DNA of 64,000 nucleotides from Podarcis gaigeae (lineage: Eukaryota): the NCBI GenBank assembly GCA_964106915.2, contig OZ066917.1; one strand, given 5' to 3'. The notes beneath the pieces are model-generated. The model had not been told where the DNA came from and searched no databases. It was given only the letters and a program-made list of their open reading frames with translations. A program made the translations under genes and the position numbers. Below, piece after piece: positions 25,372 through 36,175 of the stretch (position 1 is the stretch's first letter; each line of letters starts with the position of its first letter).

Positions 25372-25465
25372 GAGATGAGAAACCTGTAGCTCTCCAGCTG
25401 TTGCTGGAGTCCAGCTTCCATCAGCCCCAGGCAGGATGACTGATGCTCTGGAATGAGGGGAGCTT
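25372..25465. mobile_element. hAT MITE fragment (MER3/URR1-like)
   Basis: AACCTGTAGCTCTCCAGCTGTTGCTGGAGTCCAGCTTCCATCAGCCCC. Confidence 0.5.
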
Positions 25466-26807
25466 TAATCCCTGGAGTGATTCTTTGAGCCCCTCTCTCA
25501 CAATTTGTCTGTATGTGTGAAGCTTGTGAATGAAGGAAAGACATTTTAAATCAAAATTGATTCTCCATTCCTATTACAGACTGGGAAACGCCAAAAGCCT
25601 GTTTAGTGTGATGTGTCAAAGTCCCCTTAATAACCCCATGTGCTACACTTTTATCATATTTTATGTATTTATATATTTTAAACTTTATCAACTCTCAAGA
25701 AGAAGCAGTAACTATTATAACAAATAATTAAATGCATACACATTATAAATACCTCCAATATACAGCTATTGATATTTTACCACATAGAGAAGCTATTACA
25801 TGCATCAACATTTATGCCATATTTACGCTTCATATATTTGACTATAGGATTCTACTTATCTTTTTTTTTATTAAAAAAAACAGAACTCTTGTCTCTATAA
25901 ACTACAGAAGGTTATAGGATGTGTTGTTGCCAAAATGGCTTCTAAGCAGTTTACAGGTATATAAAGCTAGTTATGAAAATATGGCCATGCATAATTAAAA
26001 TCCTTAATAAAACAATTTCATGAAAGCATTAAAATAAATATCCATAAATAAAATTTGCAATAAACAAGGCCTTTAAAACTGCCTAACAATTAAAGCAGTT
26101 TAAAAGGGCAGGTAAAACAATGAAAACAGGAGGTTTGGTCAGGAGATCAGGGGAATGCTTGTCTAAGCAGGTCTTAGATAGCACAGACAATATTCAGTAT
26201 GAGGACATACCTGTTTAGCAGACAAGGCATTTATCCCTTTGATATGTGGGTGTATCAAACTATTTTCTCATTATTACTAATAGAAGCACACCGACATTCT
26301 TGTATACACATGCTTAAAGAGCTTTAGCTTAACAATGTTGTTAGGAACGCTGGAACATTTTCTCTTTTTCCTAACTGCATTTTATTCCACCAGGTGCCCT
26401 TTTAAGTGGAGCAGAAGCTCAAAGAACACTCACAGCACATCAGAGCACACATAGGTAGATCTGCAGCCATTTATGCCAAGCAGTTTTCTTCTACTCACTG
26501 GAAACCTATGTTGGATTAGAGCTTAGCGCTAAAGACACTGGTTGTGCACAGCACAGGGCTTGACAAAGGCTTCTTTGAACAGTCCTATCAATCCATTGTG
26601 CAATGTATTTCACTCACACATTATGAAGTAAGGCTTCAGCAAATGTTCATTTCAGGAAGAAACCCTCTGAGAGGCATGGGAAGACTTTCTAATCTTTTAA
26701 TGCTGTGAAAATGAAGCCTGAAGCATAAGCCTCCAATAGCAAACACTGGTACTTTCCAGTTATTCCCTTTAAAGTATCTAACTATATTTAGACATAAATA
26801 ATTTTTT

Positions 26808-26881
26808 TGTGTGTGTGTGTGTGTGTGCGTGCGTGCGTGCGCGCGCACGCACCCATGCACGCGCGCGCACACACACACACA
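26808..26881. repeat. Compound (TG)n-(GC)n-(CA)n repeat
   Basis: About 74 bp of nearly continuous purine/pyrimidine alternation, self-complementary. Confidence 0.95.
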
Positions 26882-26968
26882 GACAATTTAAGTATAAAGT
26901 GGGTGCAATCTAGAGAAAATCAGGCACACCTAAATCCCATTGAAAGCAATCAGGCATAGGCACTTATG

Positions 26969-27014
26969 GTGTGAAAAGCAGTTTTGACATAGTGTGAAAA
27001 GCAGTTTTGACATA
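26969..27014. repeat. Perfect 23-bp tandem duplication
   Basis: GTGTGAAAAGCAGTTTTGACATA x2. Confidence 0.95.
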
Positions 27015-27025
27015 GATTTGCTATA

Positions 27026-27378
27026 GGTAAAGGTAAAGGGACCCCTGGCCATTAGGTCCAGTCGTGGCTGACTCTGGGGTTGCGGCGCTCATCTTGCTTT
27101 ATTGGCTGAGGGAGCCGGCGTACAGCTTCCGGGTCATGTGGCCAGCATGACTAAGCCACTTCTGGCGAACCAGAGCAGTGCACAGAAATGCCGTTTACCT
27201 TCCCGCCGGAGTGGTACCTATTTATCTACTTGCACTTTGACGTGCTTTTGAACTGCTAGGTTGGCAGGAGCAGGGACCAAGCAACGGGAGCTCACCCCAT
27301 CGCCGGGATTCGAACCACCGACCTTCTGATTGGCAAGCCCTAGGCTCTGTGGTTTAATCCACAGCGCCACCCACATCC
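27026..27378 (-). mobile_element. Sauria SINE (Squam1), full length
   Basis: tRNA-like head with B box GGTTCGAATCCC, (ACCTTT)n tail, 13-bp TSD TAGATTTGCTATA at 27013-27025 and 27379-27391. Confidence 0.93.
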
Positions 27379-27761
27379 TAGATTTGCTATATCTGGCTAT
27401 TAAATTGATTTCAGATGACTGAGCTGATCTCTAGCAACAAGAGTGCAATCCTGAAGCTTCTTTCATTTGTGAGGCAACACTGGGTTTTTTTTTGCAAGTG
27501 CCGTTCCCACTCATATATTGTATGGAGTAAAGCTGCACATTGCCTTTGTTTGTGACAGCGGTGTAGCATCGTTTGGGATAAAAGTGTTCTTGTTGAGAGG
27601 GTAAGATTCTCCCACCCCCACTATTTCTGGAGATTCAGAGTACCAATTTATGGTAGAAGTTCAATCATTGAGAGGAAATAGAGGATAAAACTTCAATCCC
27701 ACAGATTCGTTCCTACTCCAACCAGGAGGCATGATAGGAAGGTGAGGGAAGAGTTACCCTG

Positions 27762-28064
27762 AACACTTCCTGCCAAAACAGTGTACCCCGCAAGTATCCT
27801 GGAAAAAACGGAATGTCCCGTTTTCTTGTGCAAGAGCACGGCAGCCATTTTGATCTCACAGGATTGCATGCCAAGATCTCACCCCTGAGCACAGTGGGGC
27901 TGTAATCTTGTGCAGAGCCCCAAAAAGTGCATTTTGGGGTGAGCATGGGCCAAGAAAATTGTGTCTTTGGGGCTTTATGATCTTGAAGGGTTGCATGACT
28001 CACACAGAAGCATTGGTGGGAAGATGTGTGTCCCAGTTTTGGGACTCAAGAGGTTGGAGGGAAT
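27762..28064. mobile_element. Degenerate hAT-like non-autonomous element
   Basis: TGTCCC subterminal motifs and an end GTTGGAGGGAATG; boundaries uncertain. Confidence 0.35.
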
Positions 28065-29260
28065 GAAATGGTAGAATCAAGAACAATCCCAACGTTTCCC
28101 CACCATCACACTTCCACTACAGTAGGTCCTTTCAGAAAGAGTTTAACTAAAGTCCAAAGTGATGGTAGTTTTGCTTAATATCAGGATAATTCAGAATGGT
28201 AATTTCCACCATGCTGCGCATGCAGTCATTTTGCTGAAACTTTCTGAAACACACTCGTATATTTAATATCAAGCAAGAGAGATCAACAAGAGGCATAGTT
28301 TACATTCATAAGGACACTGTTACAGGTACACACAGGCTAGGTTTTCTTAGTAAATACTCTTTCTGGCTTCTGCAGAGATTTTGTTTGCCTTTCAAAACAG
28401 CCAAGCCTCAGGATTTATTCATGCAGCAATTAGTATGCTGATCATGGCCAGGATGCTTCAGTCTTTATTGGCTATATGTGCGGCTGAAAGTTTGTGTTTT
28501 ATTAAACCCGAGACTCCTGCATTTTGCTGTTTAGTGTGTGTTACAAAATGAGGATCAGCTCTGAATGTAACCTAATCCACATGTTGGCCTGTTTGCTTCA
28601 CTGACTTAAAGAAATATCTCAGGTAGCAAGTATTTTTCTTACAACTCCCGTTATAAAGGGACACACAATGTTTGCATTATGTGTTCGTTTTCTATTGGGA
28701 ATGGGAAACAAACTAAAATTATATAGTGGGTTCTACTTTTACCAGAAATGCCACTATATAGTCTTAAATGCTATTAAAGGCCATTTATATCACATTGTAT
28801 TTCAGTGTGCAAAACTTTCCCCTTTTCCCCCCACCCTTTTTGCAGTACAGTGAAACAGCAGCAAGCAGCTGGATTCCTCAGAGAAAGATGATGGGACAAA
28901 CTATTAATATGGATAAAGTTTTTCTTAGGAATAAATATGTATGAAATTGTCCTTGGGTTCTTTGGTTGGAAAATGCAGCTGCTCAACCGTGAACAAAGAC
29001 ACACAGCGTGTTGATTTCAAAAAAATTATATCCCACACTTTCAGGGGCAATCAGTGTTTGTTGGATGGCATACAGAAAGAATAGAAATACAATATTACAA
29101 CAACTACTACTACATCAAAAACCCAGAAAAACAAAAAGAAACCAATCGACATCTAAAACAACAACACACAGCACAGTGTGAATGATAAAAGATCATTACA
29201 GAAAACTTGCAACAGTTTAAGAGGGTTAAAAGGCTGGGGAAAATAAAATGAAACACAGAA

Positions 29261-29440
29261 ACACAGGAAGCTGCTTTATATGGAGCCAGACCATTGGTCC
29301 ATCTAATATAGCATTGTCTACACTGACTGGCAGCAGCTCTCACAGGCTTCAGTCTATCCAAGCCCTACCTGAAGGGCTTGAAACCTTGGACTTTCTGCAT
29401 GCAAGGCAGAATCTCTACTGCTAAGCTACAGTCTTTCCCC
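29261..29440 (-). mobile_element. tRNA-derived SINE with CR1-like tail
   Basis: Minus strand: TAGCTTAGCAGTAGAG (A box), GGTTTCAAGCCC, CTGCCAGTCAGTGTAGACAA...GATGGACCAATGGTCTG...GCAGCTTCCT. Confidence 0.75.
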
Positions 29441-29482
29441 CAAAGATTTGGTATATGGCATTTTCTTCTGTGTTTCTCATCA

Positions 29483-29515
<33 letters not shown>

Positions 29516-29943
29516 TTATACACTGCCCATCTGGCTGGGTTTCCCCAGCCACTCTGGATGGCTCCCAACAGAATATTAAAAACATGATAAAACATCAAAC
29601 ATAAAAAACTTCCCTAAACAGGATTGCCTTCAGATGTCTTCGAAAAGTCAGATAGTTGTTTATTTCCTTGACATCTGATGGGAGGGCATTCCACAGGGCC
29701 GACACCACTACCAAGAAGGCCCTCTCTCTCGTTCCCTGTAACCTTACTTCTCACAGTAGGGAACCACCAGAAGGCCCTCGGCGCTGGACGTCAGTGTCCG
29801 GGCTGAACAATGGGGTTGGAGACGCTCCTTCAGGTATACTGGACCGAGGCCATTTTGGGCTTTAAAGGTCAGCACCAACACTTTGAATTGTGCTTGGAAA
29901 CGTACTGGGAGCCAATGTAAGTCTTTCAAGACCGGTGTTATAT
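29483..29943 (-). mobile_element. L2 LINE 3' end with (ATT)n tail
   Basis: ITPVLKDLHWLPVRFQAQFKVLVLTFKAQNGLGPVYLKERL; 3' stem CTGGGGAAACCCAG; (AAT)n at 29483-29514. Confidence 0.9.
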
Positions 29944-29983
29944 ATTGTTGGAGCAGTGCCCTGGGAGGGGGTGTAGGATGGCC

Positions 29984-30219
29984 ATGAAGCTGCCTGATAC
30001 TATTGGTGCATCTAGCTCAATATTGTCTGCACTGACTAGTAGTGGCTCCCCAGAGTTGTAGATAGGAGCCATCTGAGCCCGGCCTTGGCTGGGGAGGGCA
30101 AGGTATAAATAAAAAAATATTATTATTATTATTATCCTGGCTCTCTGTGGAGATGTCAGCGACCAAACCTGGAATTTTCTGAATGTAAAGCAGATACTGT
30201 AAAGCTATGGCCCTTCTCC
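29984..30219 (-). mobile_element. Degenerate tRNA SINE interrupted by a short L2 tail (~30073-30134, + strand)
   Basis: SINE motifs on both sides; insert GGCTGGGGAGGGCAAGGTATAAATAAAA(ATT)n. Confidence 0.55.
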
Positions 30220-30391
30220 AGCTAAAGGAAGAAATGTGTAATTTCAGTTGCCAGCTAACTCATCGGATAATCCTTACTCAGGCTATTGGACAGAGGATTC
30301 CTTTCCTTACGATATTTTTTTACAGAATTCTGATGGGTTTCTGTTGGAACAGATGGACCTTGCTCAAACAAGGAAGTTCTTAGGTGTCTTG

Positions 30392-30558
30392 CAGTGGCGT
30401 AGCGTGGGTTTTCTGCACCTGGGGCAAGGCAAGTAATTTGCACCCCCTAACCCGTGGATTTGCGCCCCCTAACCCGTGGATTTGCGCCCCTAACCCTAAC
30501 CCCCAGATGTTGCGCCTGGTGCGGCCGGCCCCCCCTGCACTCCCATGCTACGCCACTG
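30392..30558 (+). mobile_element. hAT MITE with CCCTAA repeats, copy 2
   Basis: Same 17-bp TIRs as copy 1; 8-bp TSD GTGTCTTG at 30384-30391 and 30559-30566. Confidence 0.92.
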
Positions 30559-32089
30559 GTGTCTTGCGAGGATCAAACTCCTCCAGGCCCACCTATATCC
30601 ACTGCTAGTCTTTGTGGCAGAACAAAAAACAATGTAGTTCAAATCAGTGTACTCTGTAACGGCATTTTTGCCATTCTTTCACGAAATCCAACCTGTTTTG
30701 GTAGCAGCAGCTACTAACATTTTAAGAAGCAGTATTTTAAAACAAGACTCCTCTTTTTTTCCTCCCTGATGTGTTTTCTTCTACTAAAGTAAATTTAGTA
30801 TGACCAACTTGGTAGGTGCTGCAATGCACACCATCTGTTCAAACATAGTCAGGAGGGGGAAACCTGCATTTAAAATAATAATTAAAAGACCCTGGCATTA
30901 TTAAACAGCAAGACATGCTTGCCGAAGCAAGCAGGGCCATTGTTAGAGAGTTTCCTTTAAACAAATAAAGGGTTTTGTTGCAGTGTGCCTGAATAGCTGG
31001 AATCACATTTATTCTGTTATCCCACTAATGTACCTGTTTTTGTAATGCTTCTATAGAGGCCAAATCGGCAGCAAACTTTTGCATTTTGCTTTTGGTGGCT
31101 TTTGTCTAAAAAAAACAATTCTCCACCCTTCTTGGTTAGCTTAGACATTTTAAACTGCTGTCTTGATTTATCTCTCATCAACCTTTATATATCCTAATCT
31201 TTGGATGGGGGTGTGTTCTGGATTTCAAAGTGAGGACTGTTGAGTCAAAAAAGCAAAGCCACAGAATTCAATTCACTGTTTGCATTGAATAAGTTTTAAA
31301 GAGGCTTCTATATTTTTTATGTTTTTAGCTATGCTCTTCCTGTATTTTCTTTTTTTGGTAGTTGGCTTGCCCTCTTCCCTTGATGGAGTGAACAACACCT
31401 TGTAGCACTTAGCAAAACTAAGGTCTGGTCTGCACAGAGGGTTCCTGTGAACAATTGGTTAAATGCCTTGGCACTCAGAGACTGGAAAGCAAGCAAAACC
31501 CATTTCGGTCAACCAAATCCATTCAAGAGGAATGTGGTGGGTCAGGATTGCACTAGGTAGATTCACTTCCAACCTTTACATATTGATTGGCTCTTTTGCA
31601 CAGAGCAACATAAATAGAAGCTGTATGCACGGTCACCAACCTTTTTAGACCTCTGGACACATTTAGATTTTTGAGTGAGTGCTGAACGCCATGGGCACCA
31701 CCCTCTCTGGTCACTTCACTCCCCGCCCCTCAGCCCCCAGGCAAGAGACAGAAAGAGAGAGAGGGCATCTGCACAGACTTCCCCAAGGGATTTGGGTAAA
31801 AGTGGGATCCAATAGAATGAACCAGAACTGTGAAAAGCACACAGAGCTGAAAGAAGAAATAGGAGAAAGCTGTATATACTTAATCAAGGGGAAAAAATGT
31901 AACAGCTCTCATCACCTCATGATGAAGGGGACAGTGTGGGGAGGGGCTCAGAGAACTTGTGGATGGACACAGGAAGACCTCAAGGGTGCCACACACTAGC
32001 GATCTCCAATGTAGGCTCATGATGTGCAACCTGCTTCCTTGTTTCTGCAGATTGTACAGAGAAAATCAAGGTGTGCACAGATTGCGTTA

Positions 32090-32470
32090 TTGATTTTATT
32101 ATTTGTACTTCAGCGAAAGGTTCCAGGGCGGGTTACAAAAATATCACAATGAAAATAAATATAATATACACTTGAAACCATAAAATAAAACCACCAATAG
32201 TGTTAATAACAAGAATACAGGAGGAGGAGGGAAGACTTCAGTGACTCGGCCGAAGACCTGGATATAAAGATGTGTTTTGACCAATGGTCCAAAAGCAAAC
32301 AGTACAAGATGGTGCAAGATGCCCCACAAATGGACGATAACTCCACCACCAGGGGACACCACAGGGAAGGCCCTCACAAGTGCTGCTGCTCTTTGACCCA
32401 CGCTACCCTCAAGATGGCTGAGCAGATTGCGCCCAGAGGGAGAGGTTAAGTGAACATGTGGTGACAACTG
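32090..32470 (-). mobile_element. Degenerate L2 3' end
   Basis: VRAFPVVSP...LVKTHLYIQVF; TGTAACCCGCCCTGGAACC tail motif. Confidence 0.65.
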
Positions 32471-32632
32471 CAGTGAAGAGTAGGAGGACCCACTCAGGGT
32501 AGGTTACCCAACAGCTCTCCAGAATCTGGAGCCAGCCGTGGTAGAAGGTTTGTGCAGAGGCTCAGGTGGATGTGTGGAAGGTGAGGGAGGACAGTCCTTT
32601 ATATGTTTAGGTATCCACAGATTTGTTCAATT

Positions 32633-32990
32633 GAGAAGCAGGTGGCGCTGTGGGTTAAAGCCTCAGCGCCTAGGACTTGCCGATCGAAAGGTCGGCGGTT
32701 CGAATCCCTGCGGCGGGGTGCGCTCCCGCTGCTCGGTCCCAGCGCCTGCCAACCTAGCAGTTCGAAAGCACCTCCGGGTGCAAGTAGATAAATAGGGACC
32801 GCTTACCAGCGGGAAGGTAAACGGCGTTTCCGTGTGCGGCTCTGGCTCGCCAGAGCAGCGATGTCACGCTGGCCACGTGACCCGGAAGTGTCTCCAGACA
32901 GCGCTGGCCCCTGGCCTCTTGAGTGAGATGGGCGCACAACCCCAGAGTCTGTCAAGACTGGCCCGTACGGGCAGGGGTACCTTTACCTTT
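32633..32990 (+). mobile_element. Sauria SINE (Squam1), distinct CpG-rich subfamily
   Basis: GGTGGCGCTGTGGGTTAAA head, GGTTCGAATCCC B box, ACCTTTACCTTT tail. Confidence 0.92.
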
Positions 32991-33693
32991 AATGTCTCTG
33001 TAATTTACTACTAGCTGTCTGCAGTGCAGCAGTGGGAAGGCCAATCAAAGGGACAGGGTCTTAAATGGTAAGATCTCATTTCAGGAAAGCACTTTAGCCC
33101 TCTGCTTAACTCTGAGCACTTCTGTAAGTGCCTTGCTGAAAGGGGAAGGAATTAAGGAGGTGGCAAGACGCTATAGTGAATGAAAGCCTGAAACATTTCA
33201 TTTTTCAAAACATGATAATCAAAGCTCGAAATACATGAAGCAGTGCCAAATATGATATTATTGTTTGTGCAATTATGCTGAAAAATACGAGTTCATAGGA
33301 AAGTATTTATGAACTCAAAACTCTTTCTTGATTTCAACATCAAAGCTAGTGGGGCCTAAGAAGAATTAAAGCAGGCAGGATTTTTTTACCATGATGAATT
33401 TGGCCCAGTCTTGGCTTCAGCAAACTGAAACCACCCACTATATGCTGCAATTCCAATGAAAACTAAGGCAAAATGATTTTGGAATTTGAAGGAAAAATAT
33501 AAGAAGCAACGAGTAAGACCTAGAAGGAATGACAGGCTCTTCAGTTTGTTAAAATATATTTTCCCCAATATTACTGAATTGCATTTCCACAGAAAAGTAA
33601 CAAAGTGACATATAATATAGAAAATAAACAATAAAATATCATCCACTTTATGATTCTAAAATGCTAAGCATACCCACAACTTATAGATAAAAC

Positions 33694-33853
33694 ACAAGCT
33701 AAGCCTACAACTTACGTAGGGGTTAAATTCCAGGGACTGTACCTAAAGCCAAAATCATGTATAGTCAAAATACATTGGATTCAATGGCAGGTGGGATTGC
33801 TAAAGTCTTTACCCCCAGACGCCTGCCGGCTTTCCACTCCTCCTCCTCCTTCC

Positions 33854-33884
<31 letters not shown>

Positions 33885-33983
33885 CTTCTTCTTCTTCTTC
33901 TTCTTCTTCTTCTTCTTCTTCTTCGTTACACATGTAAAACTGAATGCACACAAGTTAAATGCACGCAAGTTGCAGGTTTGCTG
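33694..33983. mobile_element. Degenerate Tigger-like MITE containing a (CTT)n expansion
   Basis: Imperfect TIRs CAAGCTAAGCCTACAACTTACG / CGCAAGTTGCAGGTTTGCTG followed by TA. Confidence 0.55.
33855..33924. repeat. (CTT)~23 microsatellite
   Basis: Pure CTT run of 70 bp. Confidence 0.98.
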
Positions 33984-34240
33984 TATATGTGCTCCATTAG
34001 GTTCCCCTCTCCCCAAGCGTGACAAAACAGGCAAATTTCCAACCTGTTTATTAAAACTCAGGATTTCTCTGAATGTCAGTATTTTGCAGGATGAATGCAC
34101 TCTGGGAAATTTAGGTTTGTGAATGAAAGCACCCTGCCACCCTAATACAGTAAATCTGCTTTTAAAAAGTGGTTAGGAAAGTGTGGAATGAACAAATGAT
34201 CAATGAGAATGTAGCCTTATTGGAGTTCACCAATTGGGTC

Positions 34241-34746
34241 TGCGTTGCTCCGGGACATGAGGAAGGAAGTCAAATGACACCAAGGTTGATTCAAAGAAAG
34301 AGTTTATTCTGCTCTCCGGATAGCAGAAGGCACTTGTGTGATCAAGTCCACAGCAAGTCCAAAGAATTGACAAGTTTTATGCAGTATATATATCCTCCAG
34401 GCACCTTCTCCCTCCTTCCAACCACGTCAGCCTATGTACGCAGGTTGACTTCACATATGTTCTTGCTCTGGTATTCTTAACCATAAAAGGGTGTTCCTTC
34501 CTGTACTTCTGACCATAAAAGGATCTTCCTCTTCCTACTTTTATCTGGGAGGAAGAGGTCATCATCTCCGGGAACACGCTTTTGGCGTTTTTCCCGGACA
34601 TCGGCCTGTGCGTCTTTTGTGGTCAGCACATAAGATAAGGTACTGACGTATCTTCTCCGTTCCCCTAGAAGAACAGCCCTTGCCGTGATTGATAAAGGAG
34701 AGAGCTTGTTTATGCAGCCGTATCCTTATTATGCTTTTGCTCAACA
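34241..34746 (-). mobile_element. Solo LTR (ERV/Gypsy-like)
   Basis: TG...AACA ends; on the minus strand TATATATA (~34385-34392) lies upstream of AATAAA (~34304-34309); near-TSD GGTC/GCTC; internal direct repeat ACCATAAAAGG. Confidence 0.65.
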
Positions 34747-35825
34747 GCTCAAGTTTTACGCATTTTAGAGTACTCTCTTGGAGAAAGAAGAAAAGGGGGG
34801 GGTTGAGTCAGTTTTAAACTTACTGCACAGACACCCATTCCTTCAAGAAGACATATAAACACCCTTATTAAAGACCAAATATAGCTAACCTCTGCATAGG
34901 TTCTGTGCATGAATGCACAAGAAATAGGTTCTCTGGAGAAGCTTGCAGTTATGTCATACCTTAATGGATGTTCTTGGAGAGGGAATAGCATAATGGCATC
35001 ACCCCAGGAAAAGCTTTTCAATGGTGAACTTTCCTAAGAAGTGGCACTTGCTCTTGTTCATCACTATCATCACCAGTGCTGCCACCTGGCTTTAGTTAAA
35101 GACCAGTCAGCGTTAGAAACTGAGATACGGAAGCTAGGAGCTAAATGGCGCCAAGGTTATGGGCGCAACAACAGAATGTCTAGGCACACTTTTTATAACA
35201 AGAATACAAAGCTGAAAATGAATGAACTGCTGCTAAAATCTTATATTCATGGTCTAGTCTTCATCTGAAGACTTAAAAAAAACAAAGCTATGCTTCCCAC
35301 ACCCCTAATATTCTTAAGAGGGTCCCTTCTGCAGTCTTTAGAGACTGGTTGGAAGTGGAGAGGCAGAAAAAGGTCCTCTTTTCCTTCTACTCTGCAGGCA
35401 AGCCCTGGATTCTCCCTACAACCCATTTCCTTCATATAAATATACCATATCTTTTTGGCACCACAACACATATTAAAAGCCTATAGAACTAATGGTAGAG
35501 ACATCCACCTTGAGTGTCCAGTTCACAAACCTAAGACTTAAGCGTCCTTCAATGATCCCACTCAAAATTTGTTTTGATTTGTGAGAGTCTGAGGTAGATA
35601 ACACTTTAACATGCACTACTCAAACCATCATAACTAACTAGCTAGTATATTTCAAATTAGAGGGCTGCCCCCCCCCCCGGCTATGCCTGTGCTGGGAGTC
35701 ACCTGTAACCAGTTGCACCATCCAACAGATTTTGGGAAAATGCTGGAGATGGGACCAGTTGTTCTAAAGTCAGTTGATTCAAGTGGACTTTGGATGAAAT
35801 AGCTCAAAGGTATAGAGGAGGCTAT

Positions 35826-36175
35826 GGGACATGGGTGGCGCTGTGGGTTAAACCACAGAGCCTAGGACTTGCCGATCAGAAAGTCGGCGGTTCAAATCCC
35901 TGTGACGTGGTGAGCTCCCATTCTTCAGTCCCTGCTCCTGCCAACCTAGCAGTTTGAAAGCACGTCAAAGTGCAAGTAGATTAATAGGTACCACTCCAGC
36001 GGGAAGGTAAACAGCATTTCCGTGCGCTGTTCTGGTTCACCAGAAGCGGCTTAGTCATGCTGGCCACATGACCCAGAAGCTGTACGCCGGCTCCCTCGGC
36101 CAATAAAGCGAGATGAGCGCCACAACCCCAGAGTCGGTCATGACTGGACCTAATGGTCAGGGGTCCCTTTACCTT
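35826..36175 (+). mobile_element. Sauria SINE (Squam1), full length
   Basis: Head, B box and ACCTTT tail; 15-bp TSD TATAGAGGAGG(C/T)TAT at 35811-35825 and 36176-36190. Confidence 0.93.

Noticed and set aside
30430-30505. CRISPR-like array or true interstitial telomere
   Set aside because: The context is eukaryotic, there are no spacers, and only ~2 tandem CCCTAA units occur, enclosed by hAT TIRs and a TSD.
33757-34122. Poly-Phe/poly-Lys ORFs
   Set aside because: They are translations of the (CTT)n microsatellite.
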